64,000 nt of DNA from Orbicella franksi (taxonomy: Eukaryota), in the NCBI GenBank assembly GCA_964199315.1, contig OZ116700.1, positions 10,850,001 to 10,914,000 of the forward strand, in the 5' to 3' direction. Within the stretch, counting starts at the first letter, position 1; each line of letters opens with the position of its first letter. Below the pieces are notes generated by a model. The model was not told the DNA's origin. It saw only the letters and a list, made by a program, of their open reading frames with translations, and did not search any database. Shown here one piece after another: positions 51,596 through 64,000 of this stretch. Both the position numbers and the translations under genes were made by a program.

Positions 51596-53686
51596 TCGAA
51601 TATTGCATTTTATTGTGTTCATATTAGGGCCAGTAACTTAAAATTATAGTATCATGTTACTGACATAAATAGTCAAAAGCCTAAATTTGTAGATTTACGG
51701 CGACTTTCGTGACCGAGTTGTTAGTGATTTGGTAATGTGCAAGAGTTTGGGTTCGCTGCTGTCAATTAAAAACACTCACGTGATTGATGGGAGCTAAAAT
51801 TAATTTCCAAGGAAATTTGAAGAAAGATCACAGGCGTTGTGAAACCTCCAAACAGTTGCTGTTCTTTTGTCGGGTTTGTGTTAACAATTGCCTTTCTTTT
51901 GCTTTGTCCCATTTTATCGAAAAAATACTCCAATATATTTCCGTGAAATAAGCAGAGAAATGTACCTACCCTTGGCTAATATCTAGAATTCAATGAAATT
52001 ATTTATAAAGACTATGTGGTTGAATGATTAATGGTTTATGTGTCATTTACAGAAATACACGGATTCAAATGTCGACGCACGTTACCCAACAGTTACACTG
52101 ATAAGATACGGTACACAATATACACTGGTCTTTTAAAGTGGTGCTATGATCAAATTTTTATCCCTTGATTTTTTAGGTGTATCACAGGAAAAGAAAGATG
52201 CGATTTTCGTCATAGTACCACTTTAAAGAGTAAGAAACTTGGCCACCCAAGCCCCCTTCCTTCCCAACTGCTAACGCAGATTAGTGTTAATCTACTGGCG
52301 CTCCATACCGAATGCCGTTCTCTGATTGGCTACACTACTCACTATCTATTGTGTATGTAGTGAGTAGCCCAGCAGTGTTCGGTAGTTAACAAACTGGCGG
52401 CCTCTTTGCGTTTTTGAAGTGTCTGTTAAGAGGAATTAGATAAAGTTTTTAACGACTAGTAGATTTGACACTAAGGAATTGCAGCAGTGGGTGCTGGAGC
52501 AGATGCTATTTGATGTGTCGGAGAAACTGCCGTTTGTAAGGTTAGTTCCGACTGAAATAGTCACCAAGATGAAGTCGAATTGTAGTTTCAAAGAGTCTGT
52601 GGTCGTTAGAGATGTTTCCTTCAGAGCTACGAAAAAGCACAGAACGACACTGTGACGAAAGATATTTCGTCACTTTGCGTTTATTCGGCTTAAAATATCA
52701 CGAATATGACATTGCACTTTTCGTTCTTTCCTTTTCAGTGATCTGTGTTTAGCAGTAAATGACCTCATGGAACAAATAAGTCAAAGAGATCATCGCTCTG
52801 GAATTTCCGGCCAGTATGGAGCACTGGAGCTTGTTAAAACATTGAATATCACTGTTTTAGAAGATGGCAACCGTTCCACCCTACACTCAAAAAAATATTG
52901 TATGAGAGCGAATATTTTTCAGTGCGCATTTGAGGTTTTTCATCTGCCGTTACGGCTGTTTCCAGATGTTTGGAACCGTTAGGGTCCTAATCTTTAAGAT
53001 GATCGTAAATCAGGTTAAAATTGTACTCAAGATTAACCTTCAAGCCCTCACTATTGAGTTAAAGTTTTGAGGCGAACCCTTGTAAAATGTTTTGCGAACT
53101 AAAATCAACTTCTTCACGTTGACTGCGCGGCAAAACGAGCTAAAACTAAGCCTTTTCTATTTAGCTGCCTCTTCCACGCAAAACTTGATGTGTTCAGTTG
53201 CGTTTTCTACTACATACTCCGTCTGTTTACAGGGTGGGAATGGTAATCAATCAATCAATAACTAGCTGATAAGTAGGTTGTTGATTATAACGGGGGGGGG
53301 GGGGGTGGAGAGGAGGAGGATGAGGAGGAGAAGGCGGTGGGTTTCAAGCTGGGATCTTTCTCACGCCCCTCTCACATTTTTCCTCTCGCCGTTTTCCGCC
53401 CTGTCCGCGCGCCCCCTCCCCCCCAAGGAGGTGGCAAAAGGCCGGGGGAGGAGAGGGAAGGGTGGCGTGTTTGGTTGAAGAGGCCACATATCAAATCGTC
53501 ATTTTCAAAGCAGCTGCGCCTGAACGGTTTACACTAATAGTTCTTCCGAATCCAAAACTTCTGTCCGTATGCGTCTGACCTTGTCTCTAAAACCTACGAC
53601 CCCCAACATTCTGTAATCTCATCTAATCTCGTTCCGAAATCTTTCGTGGGCCCACAAGAACGAGAAATGGGAGAAATGGGAACAAA

Positions 53687-53992
53687 GGGTGCTCACCATT
53701 TAGCAAAAAAATCCGGAAATTTCGGTTGAAAGTCAAAAGGAACAGAAATCCGTTCGGAAATTGTAGCCAGAGGTAGTCCTCTTTTTCCGTACGGAACAGA
53801 ACGACGGAAATTTCCTTACCATTTGGTAAATTTTCCAGTTTCCAGTCTCTTATCAGCCGAAAACAATTACGAGAAATCGAAATGCAAATGGTAAGCGCCA
53901 TCTCGTTCTGTTGGTTTGCTGATTTTAGAAAAACCCTGACCTTTATTCATCTGTCATCCCAACAAGTTCTTTCTGACAAATGATAAGCGCCC
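53687..53992. mobile_element. Harbinger-like MITE (about 306 bp)
   Basis: TIR GGGTGCTCACCATTT / AAATGATAAGCGCCC with internal TTACCATTTG / CAAATGGTAAG copies; TSD not intact. Confidence 0.65.
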
Positions 53993-55079
53993 AAGATTAC
54001 AACCTGTCAAGACTGTGTCAGTAATTGACAAGTTATTCCCCCCTCCCTCCCCCGTCCACCTCTTTTCTGCTATCATCACCACCAAGGCAACAAAGCCTGT
54101 AAACAAGGTGTAAACAGAGCAATTATTTCACAGGAACCGAAGGGAAGTAATAAAATATTAATAAACACAATATTTTGTCTAAGCAGTGTTGTTACCCACA
54201 AATCTGCATCGCGTGACTTCGTCGGTAATTCCAAATACTACATTTTAAAACCTTTGTTGACTACTGTTTTCTAATCAGGTGCTCGAAATTTCTCTCGATG
54301 CTATCTCTTCCTCCAGCGCTCTTCAAAAGCATTAAGGCTGAGTAATTAGGAGATAATTTGTGCTTATTGTTAGCACACTTCAAACCTTCGTCGACGCAAA
54401 CAGTGCTAGGCCAATATTCCTGGATATTAGGTCATGAGAAAATTACCGATGGTTAAATGAGTTATTTTCCTATGGTGAAGCGGCAATATTTTTCAGCAGC
54501 TCACGAGTTTTCAAGTCCCTTTGGACGTCATATCCAGAGATATAAACCAAAAGACTTAAACCAACCAAGTAAAATCAATCTCAGAAGTGTTCCTGCCTGG
54601 AGCTTGGAAGTTTCCAGTGTTGCTGATTTTGAGGTACGATGTTTCTTTTTGTGTTTTTCGTTCTTATCTGAACCATCCTCGCCGAGTACTTCCTCGGTCT
54701 TTAAATAATGGCTCTCAATTTGCCATTCCGTTTTTAACTGATAAAGACTTAATACAGACCTAGTTTGCACATTTAACGGCGTCTACGCGAAAGAGTTTAT
54801 CTCTTCTACCAAAAGGCTTTTCCACCGCATAATCGAGAAATATTTCGCCTCCATTATAACTAGTGTCTTCGTTTCAGCCAATTCAAGTGCATCGCAGTTA
54901 GGAGAAATTACCGGTAGCTAACTAGTACATAAACAGCATTGTGAGTTACATTAGCTTCTTGGTAAAATTATTCATTGAGTTCTACTTTGTTTTGTCTCTA
55001 GTGGGCTGTTTCCACATTATGTGGCTTCGTGTAAATAACTTGCATTGAAAGCACCGCTCCTTGGAGAAACAATTTTGAT

Positions 55080-56213
55080 ATGATGGTGAATAATACAACG
55101 GGAAATATGAGCGACATTAACCCAGCTGGGTATGGAAGGAAAAGAGAGCCTCTGAACTCGGAACCTGTGCCCAACTGGCAAGAAGCGAAAGAGATTTTCA
55201 AATGGGCATGGGAACTTCATTGGATATCATTCGTGGTGCTATTCCTGGGAATCGCTTTATATTCCACTATACGGCTTTTCGAAGCTTCCAAAAGGCGGCG
55301 ACAGAGAGAAAAGGTGTCTCGAAATGTATCTTATGCTGTACATTCATTAGTTATAGTCCTGGGAATCACTCGAGCCCTAGCGCTCGTCCTTTTTCCGTAT
55401 GAGATAACAACAAACGTCAACAAGGCCGATATAGTCATTCCTCTGTACGTTCATCGAATTATTTTTGGTCTGGGCTTTCCCTGTTTCATGGCGGCGTTTG
55501 CTCTGATCCAGATTACTTTCACGGCAAGCGTTAAGACCACGCCTCTGACGTACTCTAAGCTGCGAAAAATACGTTTCCTAGTTCTGGTAATCGTCGGACA
55601 CTTTAGCGTCGTTATCATCGCAGACGTAGTCACAGCCTTAGTTGAAAGCACGTCTGCGTTGTACATGGTTTGCACCGCTTATTTGCTCTCCATGACTCTC
55701 TTCACGGGTGTTCGAATCACTCGCAGTGGTTGCAGGGTTTTTCGCGAAAACAACAAGCACAAGAGGGCCATGGAAAATTACGCGGCTTCGTCCACTTACA
55801 CTCCGCGCCGACGCCAGCGCGCGTCCTTCAACACAAAAGCTGTGCGGAAAGTGTTCATCATTACCGCACTAACAATATTCTTCTGTATCGCACTATTCGC
55901 GTTAAAAATATACGATTTAGTAGAAGTCATAGAGTATCATTTTGTGCGTGAAAAGATCGTGGAGCCATGGCCTTGGTTTATTCACGAGACTTTGTTTCGT
56001 TTGACGGAGTTCGCGCTCGCCTTGACCGTGCTATACGCCGTGTCTCCGGTTAAACCGCCCAAGAAGTGCTTGTCTGGTTCTTGCTGGTGTTGTTGTATGG
56101 CGCGCACGGTTCAGATCAGCGCGGGAAATAACGAAGAACGCCCGAGATCGGGAACCAATCAAATGACGAGCTCAAGCCCAGCTCCGGAACCCGTCAGCAA
56201 AACCTACGTATAA
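55080..56213 (+). CDS. Intronless 7-TM protein, PRRT3/PRRT4 (proline-rich transmembrane protein)-like, 377 aa
   Basis: Single ORF with seven hydrophobic segments and motifs W-x-EA-x5-WAWELHW...VLF, LGFPC and WPWF-x-HETLFRLTE recalled from the PRRT3/4 TM core. Also an N-terminal sequon (NNTT) and a Cys cluster after TM7. In-frame TAA at 55032 upstream and a likely 5'-UTR acceptor at 55001. Confidence 0.72.
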   Translation: MMVNNTTGNMSDINPAGYGRKREPLNSEPVPNWQEAKEIFKWAWELHWISFVVLFLGIALYSTIRLFEASKRRRQREKVSRNVSYAVHSLVIVLGITRALALVLFPYEITTNVNKADIVIPLYVHRIIFGLGFPCFMAAFALIQITFTASVKTTPLTYSKLRKIRFLVLVIVGHFSVVIIADVVTALVESTSALYMVCTAYLLSMTLFTGVRITRSGCRVFRENNKHKRAMENYAASSTYTPRRRQRASFNTKAVRKVFIITALTIFFCIALFALKIYDLVEVIEYHFVREKIVEPWPWFIHETLFRLTEFALALTVLYAVSPVKPPKKCLSGSCWCCCMARTVQISAGNNEERPRSGTNQMTSSSPAPEPVSKTYV

Positions 56214-58250
56214 AGATAGGTCTGCAGCGCGTACATACCAGCGGTGTATAAACACATTAGGTAGGAGGTCAGAAAACCCACGACATTTATGACCATTTCC
56301 TACAAGCATAAAACATCGCTTGGTTCGAAAACAATCCGTTACACCATATTGATATTGTATCAAAGGACTTGCATAAATAAGCGCAAAAATGTTTGTTTTT
56401 GATGCATCAAATCATAGAAAACAAATAAACGGAACAAACTGTATGACAGATTCTTAGCCAATGAACAAATGGCAAAGGTCATGCCCATTAGGTCGCTTTT
56501 AAAGCAATCTAGCGATGAAAATGTTTAGTTCTGGAATAGTTTGCGGCCTGTATATCTGTAGGCTGCTCATGATGTGTTTGATGTCATCAGCACATTCCAA
56601 GTTTTGATGCGGGCAATATAAGCGTCATTATTTATTACTTGAACAATATTTAACAATATTTATTAGTTCTGTCAGTCAGATGGATCATTATATAAAAAAA
56701 CCTGCTGGTATACCGCTGTAAAAAGCCTAAGACCATACAAAAAGACAATCTAAAAACAGGAGTTCTTGATGACAAATTGTATTTGCATGCCGACTTTAGT
56801 GATAGTAAATAAAAAAGAGTTTTTAGCAAATTAACTGCAATAAAGAGCCAATTAAGTTAACATGCCACATCAAATTGATGTTCAGCAGTTAATTCTTGAG
56901 TATGTTAGAGTTTTGAGTGTTTTGAGTGTCTTGAGATTTTTTATTTGTTTTTCATGTTTCCATGTCATCACACCGCGTAATTAAAGCTAAGCTCTTTAAT
57001 AACAACCAACCCACTCTCTTCCCCGGAGCCATCTGTGCCTTTTAGCCTGAGACACGAGGAAAAGATGGCTCTAGAAACATACGATGTTATTGGCTCGATC
57101 CTTAGGCTAAGATTCCCACTAATTCAGTGCTGGTGTTCTTCCCGAAAACGTGAACTGGTTGGTCTTTACCTAACACTGTTCGATTAGAGCGACTGCAGAC
57201 CTTCAGTAGACTTTTCAGTGAAGTCCTCCATGACGGAACTGATATGAAAGCCGCTCCCGGCCAGAATTTTGCTTCCGCTTTAAATTCCCTTTGTTAAAAT
57301 CTCTGACGGTCTGTAAGTGAACGAGAATGTAGCCAGCGTTGACTGCTGGCCATATCAGTTCGTTACTTCGGAATACTCTAGAAATCCTTTCCACCCGTTC
57401 TGGTCTTTACCGCCAAATTGTGTATTTCTTTAAAGGTCTATAAACAATTAAACAAATGGCAAGGGAGACTCAAAATGAAATATTAGAGAAATGAAAAGAA
57501 CACTTTTGCATCACAAAGAGGATAGGAACTTAGCTAATATCCAGCCAATTTTATGGGTACATTAACTCACACAATGGGCTCTGCTTCATGCGGGTACATG
57601 CACGCATTACGGTCCTATATCCTATACATGACTGCGCAAAATACAGTGTGTGAAGTTTTTGTTATTGTTGGGAGGTTTTTATTTTTTATTATTATTTTTT
57701 AAAGCGATATGCAAGGAAACATCATGGATAACTTTGTTTTACATTTTCACGCTTTCTACACATAGGTAAATTGTTATGGGATTCTGGCGCCACTTCCGAA
57801 ACTTCGGGAACTGACCGGAAGTACGATCTTTTAGCACTGGGATTACTGAAATAATTTAGGCAAATAACATGAGCTGTGATTGGTTTATAATTGCCTTTGG
57901 AATCCATTGGCCGGTCATAGCAAACCCTGGTTTCCTACACGTGCTAAACCAGTCTCTCAAAACTTTCTGGATCAGTTGTCGCCAGATTCCTATTAGTTAA
58001 TAAGTTTAAGCTGGGCTGGCCTCACAAAATGCGTATACGGAGACAGTTCTCCGTTCACAAATTTAAATATGGTCACTTTAGGTAGCATCTACGGAAATAT
58101 GCGTTTACGTAATTCAAGCGTTTAGGTCGTGTAAGTGTGAAAGTAAGACGTAAACGAATGAAAGATATGAATTTTGGTTTGGAATATGCCCATATCCTTT
58201 ATGATTCACTCTCCTGGATTCTTTTGAGAGTCCTTTTTGTAGGGTTTAGC

Positions 58251-58402
58251 CTGACTCGTCCCCAGTCGTCTTCATACAACTTCATATCGCGCGCAGCACG
58301 GGGTGAGGGGGGAGCGCAAATTGAGATGAGTTGCCCGTTGTCACCACTATCTCACCTTACACCGTACCGCGTGTTATATGGAGACGACTGGGGACGAGTC
58401 AG
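58251..58402. mobile_element. 152-bp hairpin MITE
   Basis: TIR CTGACTCGTCCCCAGTCGTCT / AGACGACTGGGGACGAGTCAG; no clear TSD. Confidence 0.75.
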
Positions 58403-58942
58403 GATTATGGCTACAGGGAAACTTGGTGAGCTTTTCATTACTGGGCTGGCTGTCTTCATTGGTGGGTGGGAATGATGTTTCTTGTTCCCTTTCTCTGTGT
58501 TGAATTATGGAGAAGACAGAACTACTGCATAGTGGCGCGCGCATGCGTAGCATATAGTCTTTATGGAACTCACGATGGGTGTGAGGGGCATGTTCGCCTA
58601 ATGGACTTTTTTAGGACCATAAAAGCGGGGTGGTAGCTCACTAGAAGGGTGGAGTGTCTTACGCAGATTGACAATCACCTCGCTGAAGTGTTGTGAGAGC
58701 CTTGTTGAACAGAGCTGAGATGTCCTAGAGCTCTATAGGTGACTTAAGACAGAGAGGAGACAACACGTCAGAAAAGGCTTAAAAATCATTGGTTAATCAG
58801 ATTGGACAATACTTTAGAAGAGTGTTTAAATGATAATATGGGATAGTGATGGTGTATTTAACTTCAACAAAAATGTAGCAATCCTCATAAGCTGCTGTTG
58901 TTTTATTATTGTAGCAGCTGTTATGTTTTTAGGGGTAGGGGC

Positions 58943-59257
58943 CCCGTGGGGGACTCCCGTATATAAAGGATGGGGATGTTCGTCGGAAATTTTGAAAAGG
59001 ACCCCTAAGAGGTACCATGATCCTGTTTTGTGGGCGTGGCTTGAAATGTTTTCATCGCTAAGAGGTACCAATTCTAAAACAACACATTATCTCCTGTCAT
59101 ATTTTCATTCCGGCTCAAGACCCCAGAAGGTAACGCTAAAGCTCCGGCTGTGGACCTTTTGAGGTTGAATGCCCTAAGAGATACCAAAATCACGTTTTGA
59201 ACCCCTAAAAGGTACGGCGAGAACCACCTTCGTTTTTATATGAGAGTCTCCCTTGGG
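58943..59257. mobile_element. CCCGGG-class-like MITE with five internal CCCTAAGAGGTACC-like repeats
   Basis: Ends GGGGGACTCCCGTATATAAA / TTTATATGAGAGTCTCCC; motif copies at about 59002, 59057, 59121, 59172 and 59202. Confidence 0.6.
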
Positions 59258-61871
59258 TTAGGGGCATTGTTTCTGCTGTTTGTTCTATTGGTCCTTGAAA
59301 GGGTATCGAGCCATTTATGTGAGACCTCACGAAAGCTGCTACATCGCTCTATTTCAAACTAACTAACACATTGAGACCACTTTTAGTCAAACCAAAGGAT
59401 AAATTAGAGTAGGACAGAATTGCTGGTTCAGTCTGTCGCATATTCCGTGGTTACGCTGAGTCGATTTCGAACGTCAACCGTACACCTCAGCAAGTCGATT
59501 TTGTAATTGTATTATATGCATATTGGAGCAAGCCCGAAGTCATTGGCGAAAACATGCTCACAGAAATAAAGTGTGAAAGATCTTCAAAAACACCATTCGT
59601 GACTAATCAATTCATTTTGTTTTTTGGTCGTTTTTCCCAGACTGGAGGGTGCCAATTTTTCCGCCTTGGTAGAATCTCAGGTAAACATTCAAGATACACT
59701 GTTCTCTTATAGAGGGATTTTGACCCTGTACATGGAACAAGCCCAAAAGCCTAAGGCAAAGCGTGAGTTAGTTGATATTGAGTCATATTTTGCTTTTGTT
59801 GATAGCGGTTTAATGGTTAGTGTGGTTCGAAGTAGCTTTTTGACCTTACATGACATTGTCAAGTACCAATTTAAAAACGGTCATCTATTCCAATCCAGGT
59901 TATTTTTACAACCTTCTGCACTGCTGAGGAGGGAAAGAAGTCGAAGACTGCAAACAGTCATGTATGCAATTTTTAAAATGGCTGAACGGTTGTCATAGTT
60001 TTTTTTCAGTTGCGTATGCACTCTGGTCTGCGTGCCTCATCATCAATGTAGACCTTATGTGACTATGTCCTTCAGAATCTGTGGCACATTACATTTTCTG
60101 AGGGACATTTTGAAAAACGATCGCGATCGACGACTGCGACGATGGTCAAATTTGAGATTAGAAACCAAGAGATGATAACATTGCGAATGAAACAGCTGTT
60201 AACAAGTTTATTTCATTTAAAAGTCGTCTGTTGTTTAACATTTTAAAAGCAGAGATTGTTCAAAATGAACATCTTCACGTTAGTTTATCAGTCGAGTAAT
60301 AATTGAAATACTCAGAAAGTTGTGCTCTGTTCGGTCTGTTGCGATCAAGGCTATCGACAGTTTTAGCGGCGTTGCAGTGTGGTTTATTCGGGCATGTCGG
60401 TTATGTCTCGGTGAGTTTTACCCCTTATGGCGAGTCAATAAACTCTCGTACAGTTGTCTCCCTATTTCCATCCTGCCATACAGGAAGGAAGTCATTCGAC
60501 GTTTTGGGAAGGAACTAGTAAGAAGTCTGCCCACACCGAGTCAATAAGCAGCACGCAATGTGCGCACGCTGAATAGATGCTACAAAATAATAAAAGCTAC
60601 AAAAATGTCATTCATGGTGACCTGTCTTGCAAATGTTATGTTTAGTGCGACCCATCTCACTTTTTTTAACTGTTATTGCGCTGAACAAATTTCGCGCATT
60701 ACGCGTATAAATATTGTTCACGAATAACGCCCTCGATCACGCACGCGACTCATTTGTATTACTGTAAAAAAATACTCACAATTAGTTTCTCATTGTAGCC
60801 AGAATCTTAGTTTGTTTGCTTAAAAGAAACCAAATTAAAAGCGTTTGGGTTTTGAATTCTATACGAGTTATGTTTATACAAAATGAGCTAATTAAATATT
60901 TGTCCAGTTTTTCCCTCGAGTTCCCGCTTTGTGAAAAAAATTCATGCCTACTTGCATTCTCGAGATAACTTAAGATCAACGTTCAAGTATTAAAAGTGCA
61001 GCACTATTTGTTTTCACGCTGTTTTCGTTAATTCAGTTCAGATTCATTATTTTTCATTTTTGAGTTGCGGGCTAACAACTGATAAATTGTAAAATAAATT
61101 ACTCTGAAATGACCACTGCTAACTCCCACGCAGATTTAAATTGAACGTTAACGTTTGAGCGCGCAATTTCGGAATAATTTTCCACAACGCTGCTTTTTAA
61201 TTTGTAAAATAACAAGAAAGGGCAAATTCTTGCCGAAGTAAATTTTTTCCTTTTAAGTGCAGTTTAAACCTGCATCGATGAAATTTTGTTGCATACTACA
61301 TATATAAATCTGTATTTTTAGAATACTGTATTACGATAGATTCGAATATAGCCTTGGACTTTTGCAAAATACTTGATGCTTGTGCCCTGGGTATTGGACA
61401 ATAGACGCGAATGACAAATCGAATCAAAGAAAAGCAAAGCAAAGCAAAGAAAAGATTCATTAGAGAGAGACGAACACATTTTAAGTATATTGTGCGCCAG
61501 TTCTTTAAAGTTAGACCCTACTGGATCGGAAACAAAAGAGATATTCCCGAAAGAAAAGAGCGGCAAAGATTGTTAAACTAATTAACAAGTCAAATTTATA
61601 TTCGAGATTTCGCACGATATAATTTATCAGGCTATTACGTATACGAAACGCTGGTGAATTGTTTATTTGGCAACACTGGTCGTAAACACTCTTGTTTCTC
61701 AGAAGCGTCTGTGAACAAAGTTTCAATCGAAGATTTGTAAATTCTCGTCGAAGACTTCACGACGGTTTTCATAGTCGCTGAAGAAGGCTTCCGAAGGCTT
61801 ATTAACAAAGACATTCCTCCGTGAGTTTGATTTGTGAGTGAACTTTTCGCTTGAGTGAAAGAACAACCGTC

Positions 61872-63137
61872 ATGTCTAATAAGAAAGAGGTGAAGGAATC
61901 GAAGAAGTCTGTCTCCATTTTCTCGATACTCCGTTGTTGTGTTGCCGGAGAATCGAAGCCAAAAGTACAGAAAAAGCCTGATGGGGAGCCAGCTAGTACT
62001 GATCAGAAAGATGCTCCGGTGGAGGAAGGGAAAGAAGCTTTGCAAGACGCTGGAAAGGTAGAAAGGAAAAGCGGTGATTTGGAATTAGAATACAAGCCTT
62101 CTCCTCCGGATCCTGTCGTGTCACCGAGCGATGATTACAAACCAAGCTACGATGAAGCTAGCACTGCTTCAGCAGCGCCTTCCACTGTGGGAAGCGACGA
62201 AGATCCCAGTTTCAACGCACCCGCGAGCATTCAAGTTGTGCAAGAGAACGGCGCATCTTCGGGAACGACGCGGGATATCGGGACGGGCGGACGCATCAAT
62301 ATGCAGTTCGTCTTTGATCCTGAATCATCAAAGTTGACGTTGACCGTCCTGGGCGTCGAATTCCCGCCGTTTCAAAAGTGGAAATTGGATGATTTGGAAG
62401 TGAGTTGCATGCTTCTGCCAATTCACCAACACAGCTTCCGCGCGCGCCCTAAGAAGTTTAAAGATCCCTTCACGATGATCTTGACCCCAAAGGAAAAAAT
62501 TAAAATGATGTCTCTTCGATTTCGCTTGTACGATCACCGCGCCATGTCCAAACATATGATTGGACAGGGAGTTGTGAATCTAGGAGAGATCAAGCTTGGT
62601 CCACAAGCGGTCAAAATCGCCCTTGATCTGAACATTCCTGAAACCTACGCCATTGATTCCCGCTACATCGCGTCTGTCACGGGTGAGAGCGGGCAAACGC
62701 CCGTGGAAGACAGCAAGCCGGAAATCCTACTTTCTCTGGAGTACCGCGCGCTGACGAGGAAATTGATCACTGAAGTTATCAAAACCCGCAATCTCGGGCT
62801 TCTGAGTAACTCCAAGCCGCAAGACATCGCCGTCGAAATGAAGCTGATTGGCGATAACAACCAAGTTTTACGAGTATGTCGAACCTCCCTCAAGAAACAT
62901 GTCATCGATGCCGAATTTAATGAGATGTTCATGTTCCGCGTGACGTATGAGAAGCTGGCCAGCATCGCAGTGATTTTCACTCTGTACCGCATGACGGAGA
63001 GGCGAGGAAAAAGAGAAAACATCGGAGAGGTTTGCTTCGGCAAACAGTCAAGCAGTCATCAACAAGAGAATCACTGGAATGACGCCGTGAGAGGCTCCGA
63101 GAGAGTGGTCACGCAATGGCATCCACTGTTCAAATGA
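61872..63137 (+). CDS. Intronless tandem-C2 synaptotagmin-14/16-like protein without TM domain, 421 aa
   Basis: First ATG at 61872 within the ORF. C2A reads GRINMQFVFDPESSKLTLTV...SLRFRLYD...IGQGVVNL. C2B reads PEILLSLEYRALTRKLITEVIK...FNEMFMFRV...IGEVCFGKQSS...NHWND...VTQWHPL, closest by recall to SYT14/16 C2B (PEIL-x-GL-x-Y...NSSG...HW...RWH-x-L). Confidence 0.85.
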   Translation: MSNKKEVKESKKSVSIFSILRCCVAGESKPKVQKKPDGEPASTDQKDAPVEEGKEALQDAGKVERKSGDLELEYKPSPPDPVVSPSDDYKPSYDEASTASAAPSTVGSDEDPSFNAPASIQVVQENGASSGTTRDIGTGGRINMQFVFDPESSKLTLTVLGVEFPPFQKWKLDDLEVSCMLLPIHQHSFRARPKKFKDPFTMILTPKEKIKMMSLRFRLYDHRAMSKHMIGQGVVNLGEIKLGPQAVKIALDLNIPETYAIDSRYIASVTGESGQTPVEDSKPEILLSLEYRALTRKLITEVIKTRNLGLLSNSKPQDIAVEMKLIGDNNQVLRVCRTSLKKHVIDAEFNEMFMFRVTYEKLASIAVIFTLYRMTERRGKRENIGEVCFGKQSSSHQQENHWNDAVRGSERVVTQWHPLFK

Positions 63138-64000
63138 GGTAAGTTTAGATGAGTCGTTATATTTGTTTGTTGACTTATCTGCTGTAATCATTACTAAGTG
63201 CATTAAAAAAATCCAGTTTTAGGCCTATTTCATGCATATTTCACGTGTCTGATAACAGTCATATTCTTATTCTGTTTTGTTTGTTAATTCTGAAATGCGT
63301 GGGTATATACGTAACATGTTTAATATTTATGTATAAAGAAAAAAAAAGTACTAGCTAAAATGTTTGAAGCCTGCAAGAATAGATTTGTCTGGAACTATAG
63401 TTTCTGTTGCTTGAAGTTTTATTTTTTTCTAGTTGCTTCAAACCAAGGGAAAGATTTTCCGGCCTATTAACAACAAAGGTTTACTGGTTTTCTGCGTTCA
63501 CTATCTTTGGACAGTACTTCGCTGAGCCCCCTATTAAATGGAATGCAGTTTTTGTCAAAAAACCTTCTAGTTTACAAGGTGTGGAACTTTGAAAGCAGTC
63601 TCTGAAGAGAGCGTGCATGCACTCCTCTTAATTTTTCACTCACTGAAACTAAATTACACGTCGGTAAATTTTTTATCAGTGATAGTTTTGTCTGGGGTTT
63701 ACAAATGGTAAAACTGCAAGCGACTGAAGTTCTAATAGCGCTAGCTGTCTTCCAGACATTGAAAACATGGCGAACTTAGATCTATTTCCTAACAGATGGG
63801 CGTATCTTAGCCTTAGAGAATTCTTATCAAAACCTAATCGTATTGAAAAACTGTTTATTTTCTCCTCTTTTAGTTTACGGAGAATATTTCGATGGAACCA
63901 CGTAAAGCAAGGAAAAAGGAAATAGTATGAATTTACATGACATTCGTAGTATTAGTTTAATATAATCTTAACATAAATTGTCTTGTTCACACTCTCTGAC

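Noticed and set aside
54528-54770. Minus-strand ORF with a charged and a hydrophobic segment (possible pseudogene)
   Set aside because: Flanked by in-frame stops and frameshifts, with no recognisable homology.
59624-59998. 124-aa ORF as an upstream coding exon of the synaptotagmin
   Set aside because: Its internal donor (phase 1 after MEQAQKPKAK) does not match the phase-2 acceptor at 61855, and no domain is recognisable.
61635-63043. Minus-strand ORFs overlapping the synaptotagmin-like gene
   Set aside because: Antisense shadows of the plus-strand CDS.
1-64000. CRISPR arrays, tRNA, rRNA, snRNA genes and autonomous transposase or viral genes
   Set aside because: No regularly spaced identical repeats, no tRNA arm motifs in cloverleaf context, and no long unexplained ORF seen by eye; covariance-model scans were not run.

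Overview
AT-rich, intron-containing animal genomic DNA. The gene sequences and abundant short inverted-repeat elements suggest a cnidarian such as a stony coral (inference). Five protein-coding genes can be reconstructed by hand with phase-consistent splice sites: GLCE (+, 2 exons, 8.3-kb intron), an atrophin/RERE-type co-repressor (-, 18 coding exons: BAH-ELM2-SANT-GATA-atrophin), SEC62 (+, 10 exons, one apparently needing a GC-AG intron), an intronless PRRT3/PRRT4-like 7TM protein (+), and an intronless, TM-less synaptotagmin-14/16-like tandem-C2 protein (+). Introns and intergenic DNA carry many non-autonomous DNA transposons (MITEs), several nested and some with exact target-site duplications, plus one LINE 3' remnant. 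I recognised no CRISPR array, tRNA, rRNA or autonomous transposase. I found no convincing wholly new system. The best leads are the GC-AG intron in SEC62, the nested MITE architecture, the RERE protein with an HX motif but no RE repeat, the intronless SYT, and a possible unannotated small Cys-rich spliced gene near 35 kb. All coordinates were derived manually and may be off by a few bases for repeats.
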